A stretch of 56,342 nucleotides of DNA, the filler included, from Catajapyx aquilonaris (lineage: Eukaryota), in the NCBI GenBank assembly GCA_000934665.2. It is 2 parts of 2 records of this genome, joined end to end, with 100 filler letters (N's around TTAATTAATTAA, not from the genome) between each part and the next. Parts side by side here need not be neighbours in the genome. Positions count along the whole stretch, not along the records: positions 1 to 28,117 come from JYFJ02004965.1; 1 more part is not named here. One strand, 5' to 3'. Positions 13,366 through 27,038 of this stretch are shown one piece after another (the first letter of the stretch is position 1; each line of letters begins with the position of its first letter). The notes beneath the pieces are model-generated. The model made no database searches. It was not told the DNA's origin and saw only the letters and a program-made list of their open reading frames with translations. The position numbers and the translations under genes were made by a program.

Positions 13366-15795
13366 GAATGTGTGTCACTTTTTATATCACACAGTTGCAG
13401 TTGTGGTAAACCTGCGCCTCTTTCATCACTAATGGCTGCCCTTTACAGGGCAATATCGTCATTTATAATAACACTAATAACGCTCTCTATTACGGAGCCT
13501 TTTTTCACATCAGCTGGCAAATGCAATAATCTGCAACACTTGAAAGCATCAGATAATATCGAGAAATATATGCACGTGGCCTAAATATCGCACCGTAAAC
13601 GATTTTCAATATGCAGCGTAAGCGAGCGGAACGTCCTCCTTTAGCCTAGAAATCCGTCTAACGTGAGCAGCAAAAAAATAGAAAGAGAGAGAGATCAATT
13701 TCCCAGCGCATCCAATTTTTCCCATTTTCAATAGCTACCATTATTATCTCTATTTCCAAATCTCCAATCCCCCTTCTAAAAAAAAACGAAGGGCTGATCT
13801 CTTCCGTCAGTCCGTCACACATTTGATTCGCGTCACTATCGCATAGATCCGGAGACATTCGTAGGTTTGTGACGACTCCACCCTGATTGAAAAGCCGCTC
13901 TATACCCAGAGAGAAAGGGAGGATGCGGGAAAAATCTTTTGTCACGGACTAAATCACCCATCGCACAATCCCAGCTTTCATCGAGCTCGGGCACAGAAAG
14001 GCAACAATCGTCCCCAAAGAGCAATTGTGGGGGTCATTGATTCGTGGCTCCCATTCTACGGCGTGGTCTGTGATTAGACCGCACCACGGAGCAAAATAAT
14101 CCGCGGGGGATAGCCAACAATTTAATGCATGAATGTTTACATGCAGTGATATTCAGCCTGTCCAATCTGTTTTGTCAGGCCCGCTGCGGGATGGCATAAA
14201 CCCTGGTGTGTGTTGCATAACTGGCTCCCAAAGTACACAAAGCCACACTGGTTTACACTATATTATTTTCGTGCTGGTACAAGTCATTCGGGTCATATTT
14301 GACGCAATTGGGTGTAACTTGCATCCAGTCCGGCTTCATCTAATGTGCCGGATGTGACGCACGCGTGTGGAAGGGACCTGCACAGCCTGCACATTACAGG
14401 ACAATATCACACGGATGTGTAGTTCCCTTTGCTTACTCCAAATGCCGGAATTAATGTGGAAAATTAGGATGAAAGGCTGATATGGTCGGGTACAACAGAA
14501 CATTTAAATGGCGATTTCAATATTCATATTATGTGACAGGTAGTTTATTGGAGATTATACGGGCTGGTTCGTGTATACTAGGTAGTGAAATACGTCATGT
14601 CTGGTTCAAAAGATTCATAAGGAGCCAGCAAGCTTGATTGCATGTGTGTGTGTGTGTATTTACTAGCCGCATGTACTTTGGATTATCTTGACACTGGTAT
14701 TTTGGACCAGTGTATGCCGATCATTAATGAGGTGTAGAAGGCTAAACGACATCATCATCGACCAGAAATTTAATCTACTTCCAGACGATTACTTACTTAT
14801 ACCTTGTCCAGTCCAACAAAGGAAAGAGTGAAAAGCCGTCTTTCCCACTTCAACCCTTTTTAGTCCACGAATAAAGCCAATATCGTTCCTGAGCGGCCCA
14901 CCCAGCAGCCAATCATTTGTCAAAAATAAACCTCAATTTGAACATAAATCCGCGCTTAAACAGGCAGAACCACATCATCCCAAGCACAATTAAACGTGAC
15001 ACTCATGTCCACTCCGAATTCCCTAACCCAAATAATAATTCTTCACCCTTGACCACCATTTTCCTCCCCCCTCCCCCGCCCCCACAAACTTTCTCCCAGC
15101 ATGCAAAAATATGGCGGCTCCTTGTCATAATCGCCGTCCATTTCCATTCCCAATAAGGACGCTGGGAATTTGTTATCCGAGTGTATAGCGTCTGCAGCGT
15201 CGTATACGGCTGTCCAAAACTATCCATCAGGCTGGAGTTGACGCCGTTCACCATTCCATTGTGAACCTAAACTGCTTCCCCCTCCCCACCTCTCAGCTGT
15301 AATAATATTCAAAGTGGGCAAGAGCGGACGTCGAGTGTAGCGCGTAATGCCCGATCCCTTCCAATATTCACAAGGGGAAAAGGAAGGGGGTGATTTATTC
15401 TTCCCTCTCCCCACCACATATCTCCTTTTAGGACACGCACAAAAAAATGCCAGTTGTCTACTCTATCTCTGGTCCCCCCCCCCCCCNCCCCCCCCCAAGA
15501 AAATTACACATTTGCTCAAAACGGTGAAATGGGACGACAAATTTATAGGTTGCAGTTCGGACCCGCCCTTGGCATGCGAGGGTGTTACGCTGTTTTTTTA
15601 GCGGTAAATTAAGACTCTGATTCCGGTCAACACGCCACTTCTCTGGTAGGATCAGCTTTTCACAAGGGTCAACGCCTTGTTCTACTCCACTTGGCTTTGA
15701 TCATATCTGACACTGTGCTCATTTTTAGTGTACGGCTCCAGTGAGTTGCTAATCTAATTTCCGAGGCTTAGAATGTGCCTCAGGTACGCATATAA

Positions 15796-15920
15796 GGGCC
15801 GGTTTCACCGAGCTCAGTATATGATAAAACCAGGGTATTTCTCAAAATCCCTATCTATTTGTATGGATTTTCCTAAAGAAACCTGGTTTTATCATATACC
15901 AAGCTCGGTGAAACCGGCCC
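15796..15920. mobile_element. PIF/Harbinger-type MITE
   Basis: TIRs GGGCCGGTTTCACCGAGCT / AGCTCGGTGAAACCGGCCC, flanked by a TAA TSD on both sides. Confidence 0.9.
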
Positions 15921-15961
15921 TAAGTAGTGGTATGTGAGATTTTATGTACTATGACCCAAAC

Positions 15962-16137
15962 AAGGATTGTCGCGCCAGTCGCGGGTTATCCTGGCTTGGA
16001 CGCAACCCATTGCACAAGTGTGCATTGTGTGTGTCCACAGACATCTAAGGATGCTCCGATGCCGAGCAAAGCAGAGTGAGATAAACAACATACATCTATG
16101 CAATGGGTTGTATCCAAGCCAGGATGCGACAATCCTT
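15962..16137. repeat. Degenerate foldback/MITE
   Basis: AAGGATTGTCGC..ATCCTGGCTTGGACGCAACCCATTGCA is the near reverse complement of TGCAATGGGTTGTATCCAAGCCAGGATGCGACAATCCTT. Confidence 0.7.
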
Positions 16138-18047
16138 CTTTAGGCAATATACAAGTTGGCGCAAAATTCGCATATTTTCTTAGGCTCGGTTGTGAGTACC
16201 TTATGCCAAATTAATTTTAGGAAAATCCTGCATGATTACGTATTAATAAAAAATTGACATTGTAATGGACCTGAAATTGTATCACTACAGACCTTGCGTC
16301 CGAAATCCGCACCTTTTTGTATCGCCTTGTACTTGAAATCTAATAAGGCCATAATCTTGACCTCAGAAACTGGAAGGGATTATCTCATCAGTTTTGATGG
16401 CTTTCACGTAGTCGGAACAGTGTGCTTACTGTACAGTTGCCGGATTCCCCCAGCAGTCCTCCTTGTACATGCAGACTATTCAATCAAGTAAGGCGAAGGT
16501 AAACCTAGGAAAAAGAAGCCTGGGGGAAGTTTTCCGGGAGGAAAGAGATTGGCGCTAGGCTAATCAGATTACCGCTTGATTGAGTACCACCGATCCTGGC
16601 CCAAGGTGTATAAAGCCATTCGACTTTAGCCCATCCAATTTGGCGACACCAAAAAAGAGACAAGGCGAGTAAACTCAATCTTTCGCATTTTCTGACACAG
16701 CTATAACCCCACCCCCTCTCCGTCTACTTGAAAATAACGGGGCCACAATTTTGGGTCGATATGACCCCCCCTGTTCTCCTCCTTCCTTTTCTGTACAAAC
16801 CACATGTCACTTGATTGGAAACGAGCTCTCGTTTCCCCCCCCCCCTTTTCAACTAGAAGAAATACTCAGTAGCTACCGACAAAGTTATAAATGCAATTTA
16901 TACGTCGTAATTCCCGGCCGCTGCTTCTTGGGCCGAGTTTTGCTTTGAAAGTGAGCAGGGCTTCTAAATTTTCCCGATAAAGAAAATATTTTCTCTCGAA
17001 GAAAAGTTGCAGTGTCGGATCAGCCCCTATATTATTCACCCACTGTAACACACAAAAAGTTTTGCATCAGAATGAGCTACAAGAGTAGCGACCAGTGCTT
17101 CAGGTGAGTCAAAAAAAGTGTATGCATTTTGGAAAGTTTATAATTCCTAAACAAAGTCATATACAGAAATGTCGTTGGCGCCACATGAAAGAGAAACTAC
17201 GAAAAAAAAAAGTTTGAATCGGTTTGTTTAGAAGTCACATGCACGTCCTGTACAGGCTGTTTGTTCCACTTTGCAAATAATTATGGCAATCTAGGTTAGG
17301 AAGGCTCCATCGACCTAGGTGTGCGGCTTTTCTTACGAACAATTTATTCAATTTACGTCTCATCTGTACAAATCTAATGAAATGTACTAGTCAATTTGGT
17401 ACTTTTACAGGGTAAATGCATTCAGATTTTTAGTACCGGTAATTACATTGTTTCCCTTACAACGACACCCCACGTCAGTCACTGTCTCGGTAGGTCATAC
17501 CCAGCTACTAAAAGTACGTCAGGCTGTGCTGTAGGCTTTTCCCTCCAAATCAATTTTTGTGGGATTACAGCAAGTACAGTTGTTTTAATACGAATTAAGA
17601 GCTTGACGTAACGTTGTCATGAACTTCCACTGCCCATTACAAGCCTGACGTACTGCATGACAAAAAAGTTTCGGACAAACATATCATGAACCGTCAGTTC
17701 TTTGGAAGGATAAAGGGTTAGAGAGTAAAAACAACTTCACCTAGCCAGTGCTGATACCCTTGCCGAGTTGTCTAGCGCCAGGATGTGTCTGAAACTTTGA
17801 ATTCGTATCAATTGTATGGATACTGTGAAATCCATCCATTAATGTCACTGATGTAGAGGCATACCATTCTGCATCGTGGAATATTTGCATACCATATTCG
17901 TAGTAGAGTTCAAGTAGTCTCAAATAAATAACTCGACATCAATGTTGATAATCAGAAATTGTTGCACCTTGGTCATGAGCGAACAAATTAAGGAGAAAGT
18001 GGAAGGCGTAACTTGGAGGCTGTCTGGGCTTCCACTGCATTCTTTAC

Positions 18048-18800
18048 TTGTGAAAGGCCACTGCTTCTCGCCTGCTGCAGATTTCTACGTAGAGCGGCTC
18101 CAATTCCAGAAATTGAGCGCTGTCAATGCTGAGGACACGCGCTGTCGACGACAAATGAACCTTATCTTACAACGAAAGTTGGAAAGTTTTTTTGTTAAGA
18201 AAGGAGAGAGAAAAAAAACCTTGCAGAAGAGAGAAGGAGAGGGAGAAAGACAGAAAAGGGGTCGTAGAGTTGAGAAAACCGCATCAAACTTGCTGGGGCC
18301 ATGAACATCAAAAGAGCTTCAGAAAGTATGGCAATGCTTCGCTCGCTATTCCTCTTGTTCTGCTCTGCCAAACTCTGCCTACTGCACTCCTTCACCAGAC
18401 CTAAGGCCCAAGTGACAGGCCGTCCAAAATCTTGCAAGGCAGAGGGACGAAAAGTAAATAGGTTTCGTCACACAGTCAAAACGACAGCCCGACTTGAGTT
18501 TTCTAAGAGCACAACTAGAGAGCAGCATACCTTCTCCAGTCACCTTGATGACATGCTTAGGTCTGATGTTCTTTGATGTAATTAGTCGTCGCTGAGGTAA
18601 GTTTGAAAATTAATTGCTCATCCTTATGTGCATTTTTGGTGTACTCTTTTTTTGTATGAAGAGAAGCAGAAGCCCTCGCTGGCAGGTGAAATTATCACTG
18701 CGCCAGCGGGCCTTTTCAGCATCAAAGGCTCCTTGGAGGCCACAGTGCATCTTGAGGTCTCTCTCAAGTGATGGGATTGGAGCCCCTTGCGCTGGCCCCA
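18048..18800 (-). pseudogene. Possible decayed multi-exon gene of unknown family
   Basis: Putative exons 18591-18531, 18430-~18295 and 18165-18048 join in compatible phases. One clean GT-AG intron (18530-18431). The second donor is degenerate. Confidence 0.35.
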
Positions 18801-19237
18801 ATGAGATTGTGGGTTTGTTAACAGAAGAACAAAAAATGGGTTGTTTTACATGGCTACGTGGATGTCAAAGGCAAAGGAACACTTGCCAAATGTTGTACTA
18901 TAAATTTCAATCGCTGGCAACGTTTAGCTGTGTAACTATCAAATCATTTTTGCTGATCGACATGACAAAAGTAAACAATTAATATTACTGAACTTACGAA
19001 GTTTTTTTCTTGCATTATGCTCATTTTTTGAAACTGTGCATTTGTTTTGTACAAAAGGTTGCTCATCAATATGCCTGTAAGTTACATCTCTTTGTTATTT
19101 TACATGCCGTATCTAAAATTTATGTTTGGTGGTTAAATCATAGATAATTAGATATCAGAGAAGACGTCATTCTTCCCTGCATTGTGTTTTTTAGGTTGTT
19201 GACTAATGTAAACGCTTCTACCCGAGTGTCGACATCA

Positions 19238-19738
19238 TTGGCTCACGATTGGAGACTATAGACTTACAACTCGTAGACTTGGCGCATGGTTCGAGACTAT
19301 ATAGACTAAGGTTGAGTCACTTGGTTCACCGGGTGTGAAGAGCAATAGGCGGCTTAATGATAAAATTTAGTAGTTTCTGATCAACCAATGACTGTTACAC
19401 GCCTTCCATTTACTGCTGTAATATCCAGACCGCAATTCCTTAATTACCGTATACTCATGTAGTAACAAATTCCCCCTTCAAACCATACAGGGTGTTTCTC
19501 AACTCGCGTCCAAAACTTCTAGGGTGAACTCCTGAGCACCAGTGAATCGCTTCACCTGCTCTATGTAAAGTGATCCACTGGTGCACACGAGTTCAACCTC
19601 AAAGTTTTGGACACGAGTTTTGAAACACCTTGTACCGGTATAATTCCCCGTGAACCAAGTCGCTCACCTTAGTCTATAGTCTCGAACCATGCGCCAAGTC
19701 TACGAGTTGTAAGTCTATAGTCTCCAATCGTGAGCCAA
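19238..19738. repeat. Foldback element with ~95-bp inverted arms
   Basis: 19238-19333 (TTGGCTCACGATTGGAGACTATAGACTTACAACTCGTAGACTTGGCGCATGGTTCGAGACTATA...) is reverse-complementary to 19647-19738. Confidence 0.8.
19488..19632. mobile_element. Tc1/mariner-type MITE nested in the foldback
   Basis: CAGGGTGTTTC...GAAACACCTTG, near-palindromic throughout, with a TA TSD on both sides. Confidence 0.85.
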
Positions 19739-22700
19739 GTAACTTGACTTAATCTATAGTCTCACAAAGAGGCTTGGTGTCCACCCATGATCTCACAACT
19801 TTTTTTAGGAGGAGTGGCTAAGGACTTGGCGGGTTTTTTACGAGTCCGTTTTTAATTAGATCGTGTTTAAATCACTTGGTTACTGATTTCCAGAGATTTT
19901 GTAATGACAGAATGAACGTAAAGCAAGGTAGCTTTATTAGCAATATTCAATGCTGCCAGCTTGCTGAACGAGCTGGTGTGAATATGGTAACAGTTGCACC
20001 CCTCTATCACAATATTATTAGTTCACATAATAGGTTTTAGGTTTTAGAAACGCATTAATAATTTCGTCATTATAAGGCAATGCAAGTATTATTTTCATCA
20101 ATATTGTTGTATTAGAGTGATAAATACATAAATTAGTGAACACTGCACTATTTATTTGAATTTTACCGCAGCCTACAATATTATAGCGTGAATTTGTTTC
20201 TGTAAAACATGCCAGAATTAAAATATCCCATTATTATTTCTGTAAAAGAAAACCACATTTTTGTCATAACACCAAAATTCCGACATCATCACTGTTCTTA
20301 ATATGTCATCTGGAAAAACTCCGACCCATTTCCAATATTGCTTTTAGACTGAAGTGCGCCGTTAGAAAACAGTTAAAAGTGAACCCCCGCATCTTCCTCT
20401 TCCATGGAAATATTTTCCTGCGCCCAACCTAATTCACTGCAGCCAACATCCCTAAATGAAAGTACTTGTCCCTAACAAGGGGAAAAGTCGGAAAAAGCAA
20501 TGACTGCCATACAGTAAACGAGTGGCCAGGACGATTTTCCATGGCGCGGGCTTGTCAAGGGCCATTTTGGGCGACTCCGACCCCCCTGTTCCTCCCATGG
20601 GCCACACTAGGGAGCAGCCTCATCAAAATAATGAAGCGGGCAAGGCACTCCTTTTCAGCACCTGCCTTCATTTTCCTTCATAATGGAACGCCCACCATTT
20701 CGATCCCTTTTGGAATAGCTAAAGCAAGCTCACTCTCTCTACGGGCAAACATTGCCAGGACCATCTGCCTACACATTTTTTCCCTCCCCAATTTTTGTAT
20801 GGGTGGGGAAAGGGTGGAGGTCGCATATGGAGAGGGTCCTTGGATGCAGAGATGGGGACTCAAAAGCATTGTGTGTTCTGGCCAATTGTAGCCTGGCACC
20901 GAGATGAAAGCGGTGGAGATAACGTGGCGCACTTATATACCGCTGCAAGCGAGGTGGTTTAGCATCAGAAAAGATTAGGCCTTTTCATATAGCGTTATTG
21001 TTTACAATATGTCCAATTAGGCAATGTTATGAAAATAACGTGAATTAATTAACCACATGTCATTTGCCAGCCGCAGCATTTTACCAGGTGCCATAAACAT
21101 TCAGCTACACTGACACCCCGCAGATAAATACGGGCACACAATCTTGTAAACAACTCCGGGCGGCGAGAAACACAGTTGTTAATCCCACATGCAATGGCCA
21201 TTGCAATATTTCGCCGTCTGTGTAACCTATTGCCCCCGCGCCGCAAAACCCTCTCTTCTTTCCTAGTTGAGCAACCTTATCCTGGGTGTAAGTAGCGCAT
21301 TATGTTATAAAACCTGAAGGCAAAGCGTTCTTTAGTAGTAATTTACCTTCCTTGACACGTAATCTATAAGGAAGGCCTTTTGTTTCATCTTGCGAGTCGC
21401 CCCGGCCTCCATTCCCCACTACATAACCATTATCTCCCGGAGAAAATTTTGATGAAGGGGGAGAAAAAGGAGGTACGGGTGCTTGCTATGAGAAGGAAGT
21501 GAATCAGAATAAGGCTCCCCCTAAGCTCCGACGATGATAAGCCATTCTATAGCCTCCCCCACACTACTAACTAACACTTTGAGACGTGTGGATCTCTTCG
21601 GGGGATTGGCAACCCTTGGTAGAAAAACCGTTGAAAAACCGTTGAAAAAAACCGTTGAAAAATTAGAAGTGTTGCTCGTCCCAATTACGATTCTGCAGGT
21701 TTTTAGTGAGCTTGACAAACGAGATTTCGATTTCGTGGCTGCTTCTCTGACGTCTTCCTTTTTTATCCCGCTGCTAGCCCCCCCACTCCCACCATCCCAC
21801 TCCAGCAGCCTAGACAGGGAGCGCAGACTCGCGTTTATTTAGCAGAGATTAATGCTCGAGTCTATCCTCAAGGAACGCTAAAATTCCCTCATTAAAACTT
21901 TGGCAAGGTGGATTTAAGCCGAGGCAGGAGTTTGCTTATTTTCAAAGACAAGACGCCACTTCTGCTTTCCTCTTCCACACCATCCAGAAATGCATTAGGA
22001 CCTTAACTCATTAAGAACTTATTGCCTCCAAATTGGAGTTTCATTACGGGAACAATTGATGGATTCAGGGTTTACCCCAAATTTTGTGACCAATTGGACA
22101 TGGGAGAAACCCACTGCGTACAACCCTTTCCAGACACAGCCTTAGAACTCATCTGCGAAAATGGGAAAAGCTAGCTTTAAAAAGTCAACCCGGGCGTAAC
22201 ACAAGAGGCAGTATTTCAGTGCCTACCATTAGACCGAATTTGTCCAACTAAATCAAGACCATTAGGTCATTGTTTCCCTTTGTCTCGTCTCCCCCCGCGA
22301 ACTCCGGGGTTTCCATGTCAGCCCGGCAACTGGGAGGGAACAAAACCAAATTTATAGGTCCCGTTTGAGTCACGGGGCCAAGCGTTGACTCATAAAAAAA
22401 CCATGCCTCTGACAGGAGAAATGATCCTAATGTGGTCAATAAGTCACCAAGCGGGTTCTATACACGGAAGGAGGAAACCGGATTAGTCAATTAATGGAAG
22501 CATCATCATGGGATATGTTCCAATTGCTTATTGATTCCGCTCCAGGGGAACAATTCTGAACATCATGTCAACTCCGCAGATATTTATCTTTATACTTGTA
22601 GCTGGTGTTAAGTGTTAACCCATCGAGTTAATCAAATAATATACATTAATATTGAGTAATATCACCACGATTTGGATGAATTTAATATTTTAGGAAAAAT

Positions 22701-24136
22701 TTACGCCAAAAGTAACATTAGCACCGTCATCTTGATATATTTTCTGATTGTTTCGTCAGGATTTGATTGTCGAAAATTTTTGATATTAGAGTTCAATAAA
22801 ATATTAAAAGACAATGACACATGCGTTCATGATGAATTCGTCACTCTGTTGATTTTATATGGCTATTTCTAGCCAACCACCATGTTTTCACAAGGTTATT
22901 CGTGATATCATGGGTCCGGATATGATTCGTGCATCCCGCGTTTTCCTCGCGTGGAATTGAGTTGTGCAGGACAGGGTAAAGCACGTCACTAGCAAGATGG
23001 GGGCGGGGGAGAGAATACAGGCTTTGTCGTAGGCCATGGTAATGAAGTCATTCGATTCTGCCTCCCCAGCTTTCATTCCATCTTGGCATGAAGCAAGCGT
23101 ATGACTCAGAACCACCCCAGCCAAGCCCACGCAAAATTGAACTGGTGTCTGCAAGTGACTCAAAACATTTCCCCCCCCCCTCCCCCTCTCTTTTTCCTCG
23201 CCTTATAACATGGAGAGAATGTTTTCGATTTTTTTTTTGCACCGGCAGTACTACTACCTTTGCGCAGTACTTTCTCGCAAAAAAAATTGTACAAATGTAT
23301 CCTTATGCTGTGCAACCATCAACACTCATAAGATACATAATGTATGAAAATTGTCATATATTAGGTCCCCTTTTACAGGAGTGCGAGTGGCGTAAATGCT
23401 TCTCATTGATGACAGTGTTAGAATGTCGAAATAGATTACGGATGTGTTATGGGCGCCATGCATGGAACCAGTAAACGTGTAAAACTAAGCTGGCAACCAC
23501 GAAATTAACGCTGCTGATTTGCCTTCGAGGATTGCTCTTGATGTGCGCATCAATGCCAAAACATACAGATTCCTGTTTTTATCTCACACTTCACAGGAAA
23601 TTACAGGGTTCACCCTTTATTGTGCACAAATATGCATTGATAAACATGGAGTTACATTAATGACACCGACATTTATAGGCTAAAATTCCTGGTTACTAGA
23701 TCGTGTTATGTAGAGATGTCATTTGGTCGATGCAGCCTCGTTACTGCGATAATTAGTGTTGAATATGTAGTATGGCATATACGGGAACGTTTGCAACTAT
23801 ATCTGGCATGAAATGATTATAAAAACTCCGGTTTCTTTTTGAGTATAAATTGTGAGATCTGCGAAAAAGTGAAATGTCATTACCATTGTGTTCTGCAGAA
23901 AAATAATTTTCTCCACTGTTTTGCTCTCGGATGCACATGTTCTTTTTATCTTTATTCATATAATCTACATTTTGTATTCAGTAAGCCCCAGTTGGGGTGG
24001 TCGATTTGTTAGGGCTTGTTCGCATTATGTTGCTTATTATTAAGAAGTTACTTTCGAATCCCTACATTAAGAAAATATTTGCGAATATATTGGATGGAAT
24101 AGATTCATCTTTTCAAAACATAGTGGGAGAATATTC

Positions 24137-24139
24137 CAT

Positions 24140-24175
<36 letters not shown>

Positions 24176-24714
24176 TTACCCCGATTGCCCTTTCGGGCTT
24201 CGGGGGGGGACGCTCCGGGATACATACACAGATCAATCCATTAGAGCATTGCGTCTTATAACATTATCTACAAAGTTATATACATGAGATACAAAGACCG
24301 GCGAAGGGTCAAAAAAGGAAGTACATCTTATCGCTGGGTACTGTGTTTAAGCTGTCAGATATGTAACGTCTGGGGGGGGGGGGTGTCATATAAAGGGCAA
24401 CAGTAAAAAATATGTTCCAAAGTTTGCATGTCGTTAGTGTTACAGTTAGGGCATACGATTTCAGAGTTAAAAGTCGGAGAGCCAGATTTGGTGCGAAGTC
24501 TTGGGTTTGATTTCTCAAATTAACTAGCAATCTCGTTAAGTGAAGGGGCATATTCGACGAGAAATACAGTTCCTGCGTAAAGTTGTTTTTAATTTTTTTC
24601 ATATTTACTATATACCTTGATCGAATGGAACCAGGCTTGTTTCAACAGACTGTTATCTTTTGCGCTGTGATCAGTTTGATAGTAAATTTAATTATCTTCT
24701 TATAGAGCGCAATT
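24137..24714 (-). mobile_element. 5'-truncated non-LTR retrotransposon (LINE 3' end)
   Basis: (TAAA)n tail on the minus strand. 16-bp TSD TAGTGGGAGAATATTC at 24121-24136 and 24715-24730. Degenerate C-terminal zinc-knuckle peptide LEHIFYCCPLYD. Confidence 0.8.
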
Positions 24715-26471
24715 TAGTGGGAGAATATTCAGTTTAACCTACACGATAATTTAACAAAATAATAGATTAAACAATCGAACTTAGATTCCAGTTGAACAAA
24801 ACGGATAATAACAATATATTAAGCACATTAGTTCATTGGAATTCAGGGCATAAATGAATGCTTATACTAATTATAATATACCGTAACTCTTGTCCTAAAT
24901 ATTGTAATAAGCAGTTGGAAAGTAACCACGAGTAACAGACACAAAACATTTAAACTCTGAAACTAACACCTCCATTGGAACACTAGCCTATTTTTTGCTG
25001 AATTCAAGATCTGTATAATTTGTTCTGATTTTCTTGCGTTTGAGCTTTATAACACTTGTTCTGACACAGTGACACAGCAAAGCCATTGTCGCTCTTGTGC
25101 CATCGAACCCCAATCAATCTGTTTAATACCATCCACTTCAACATAATTTAGAAACAAGACAAAAAACTACTCAATGATTGTTTGAAAGCACCCTACATAT
25201 TGGTAATAAAGGGTAAAAATACTGATTCCATATCTCACAGTTTTCAATACCTGGGACCGCATAACGGTATCCAATGCGCTTCAGCCATAACAATGACTGT
25301 TAATATCCCACAATAAGCTTGGGAAAAATAGAAAGCATTGCGGGTGGGAAGCCCTCAAAAATGAGCACAGCCTAAGGCAATGGGACTCAGCCTCTTGAGT
25401 AGTAAAAAGGAAAAGGAATACGCTCTATACTTGGAGAAGGGGGAAAAAAGAGGCCTGTTTATGACAAGGCGCAGAAGCCGATTGGGGAGTGGTTGAGGCT
25501 CCGCATGAAAAGTCCCACTGATGAAACCGAGGAATATAAAGTTATTCCGACAGGCTTGCCTTGACATTTCTGTGCCGGGCAATTTCTTTCTGCAAAAAAA
25601 CCCAATTGGCAAACGAGCCATTATCCCAGCTTATATACATAACCTCGATGCGGATCCTCAACTATTATCTCTTTTTTTTCCCTCCCTCTGACAATAAACC
25701 ATAAACATATACAGTGAGCTGCATCGGTATGGAAATACTTATTTGCCATTCTATTTGAGAACTATGTCAGCCTTGGACGCCCCAAAAAGGCAGTCATAAA
25801 GACCAAATGAAATCGCGAGTCAGATGATGGAGTGCATTTTCAGAAACCAATAGGGAGAAAGATCTTGACACCCCCTTTTCCCCGAATTATGTTCAGGCCC
25901 GGTTGAGCTGATCGAAATTCTTTATCTCTGTTTCGTTTCGGCGGATCCACGGTCAGTGTACAGCCGCCGGCACAGTGCGGGCACCAGACCTGAATCAAGT
26001 TTATCCTGAAGGATAGGCCACGAGGCGATAGCGGGTATTTCCAAGCCTGTTCGCCTGTTTGGCTTCGCTCAGGTGAGCTATCGTTCAGAATAAACCCGAT
26101 CCAGGTCCTCATAGTAGGTCGTAGGGAATATAGGTGAAAATAATAAGGCTAGAGGGCCTATGCCTATCTGCTCCCTCCTAGGCAACCGAGAGAAGCGGAG
26201 CGGCCATGTTGGGAAAGGATAAGCGTGCAATTTCACATATTCCCACCTTGTGCAAGGAGCACAAAAATGCAAAATCCCGACTAACTGCGTTGCATACAAC
26301 TATGCCAATGTGCGTGCTAAAAAGGATTGTGGATATACTTTTCATAAATCAGTACCATTTTTGCTACTCTATGAGGAGTTTTAAAGTCCATTCCATGTTT
26401 TAATGCACGTACAGTACATAAGCCTGACCTGTCCGGGAAAACGGCTTTAAAATTGTTTTAAAGCTCTAGGC

Positions 26472-27038
26472 CAGTGGTTCCCAACTTTTATTTTTGCTCG
26501 AGGCACCCCTACGCCACCTACGCACACCGAAAATTCTGAAGTCACTCCTAACTTTACACTTACAGTCAGTATGGGCCTAATACTGCTTGCGAATAGTCAT
26601 ATGCAATATTTCATTATGACAAGTGAAATAATAAATAGACTTGCATTACATTTCAACCAGTATTATGACACTTATTAAACATGGTGACTACGTAAAGTTA
26701 GGATACATAGGTAATTGGATTGTATTGTTGGTTTCCAGTTGTGCCAACTAGCAGATTGTTGACAGTCAGTAAAGGATGAGTTGGCATAGTTGCCACTTGG
26801 GAGTTGGCACAACTGGCAATCAACAATTCAATCCAATTACCTAGGCCTATGTATAATGGCTTTAGAGTCACCCTGTATAAAGTTATATACCGGTACACCA
26901 TTTTCAAATTAAATAACTTACACAAAACACAATATTATAAAGTAACTTACATATGATATTCATTCTTTTCGCGGCACCCCTCAATGATGATTTCCGCGGT
27001 ACCCCCAGGATGCCGTGGCACACCGTTGTGGACCACTG
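26472..27038. mobile_element. Non-autonomous hAT (Charlie-like) element
   Basis: Termini CAGTGGTTCCCAAC / GTTGTGGACCACTG. 8-bp flanks CTCTAGGC / CTGTATGC (6/8 match). Confidence 0.75.

Noticed and set aside
21621..21662. Three tandem AAAAACCGTTG units, considered as a CRISPR-like array
   Set aside because: No spacers and a eukaryotic context. It is a simple slippage duplication.
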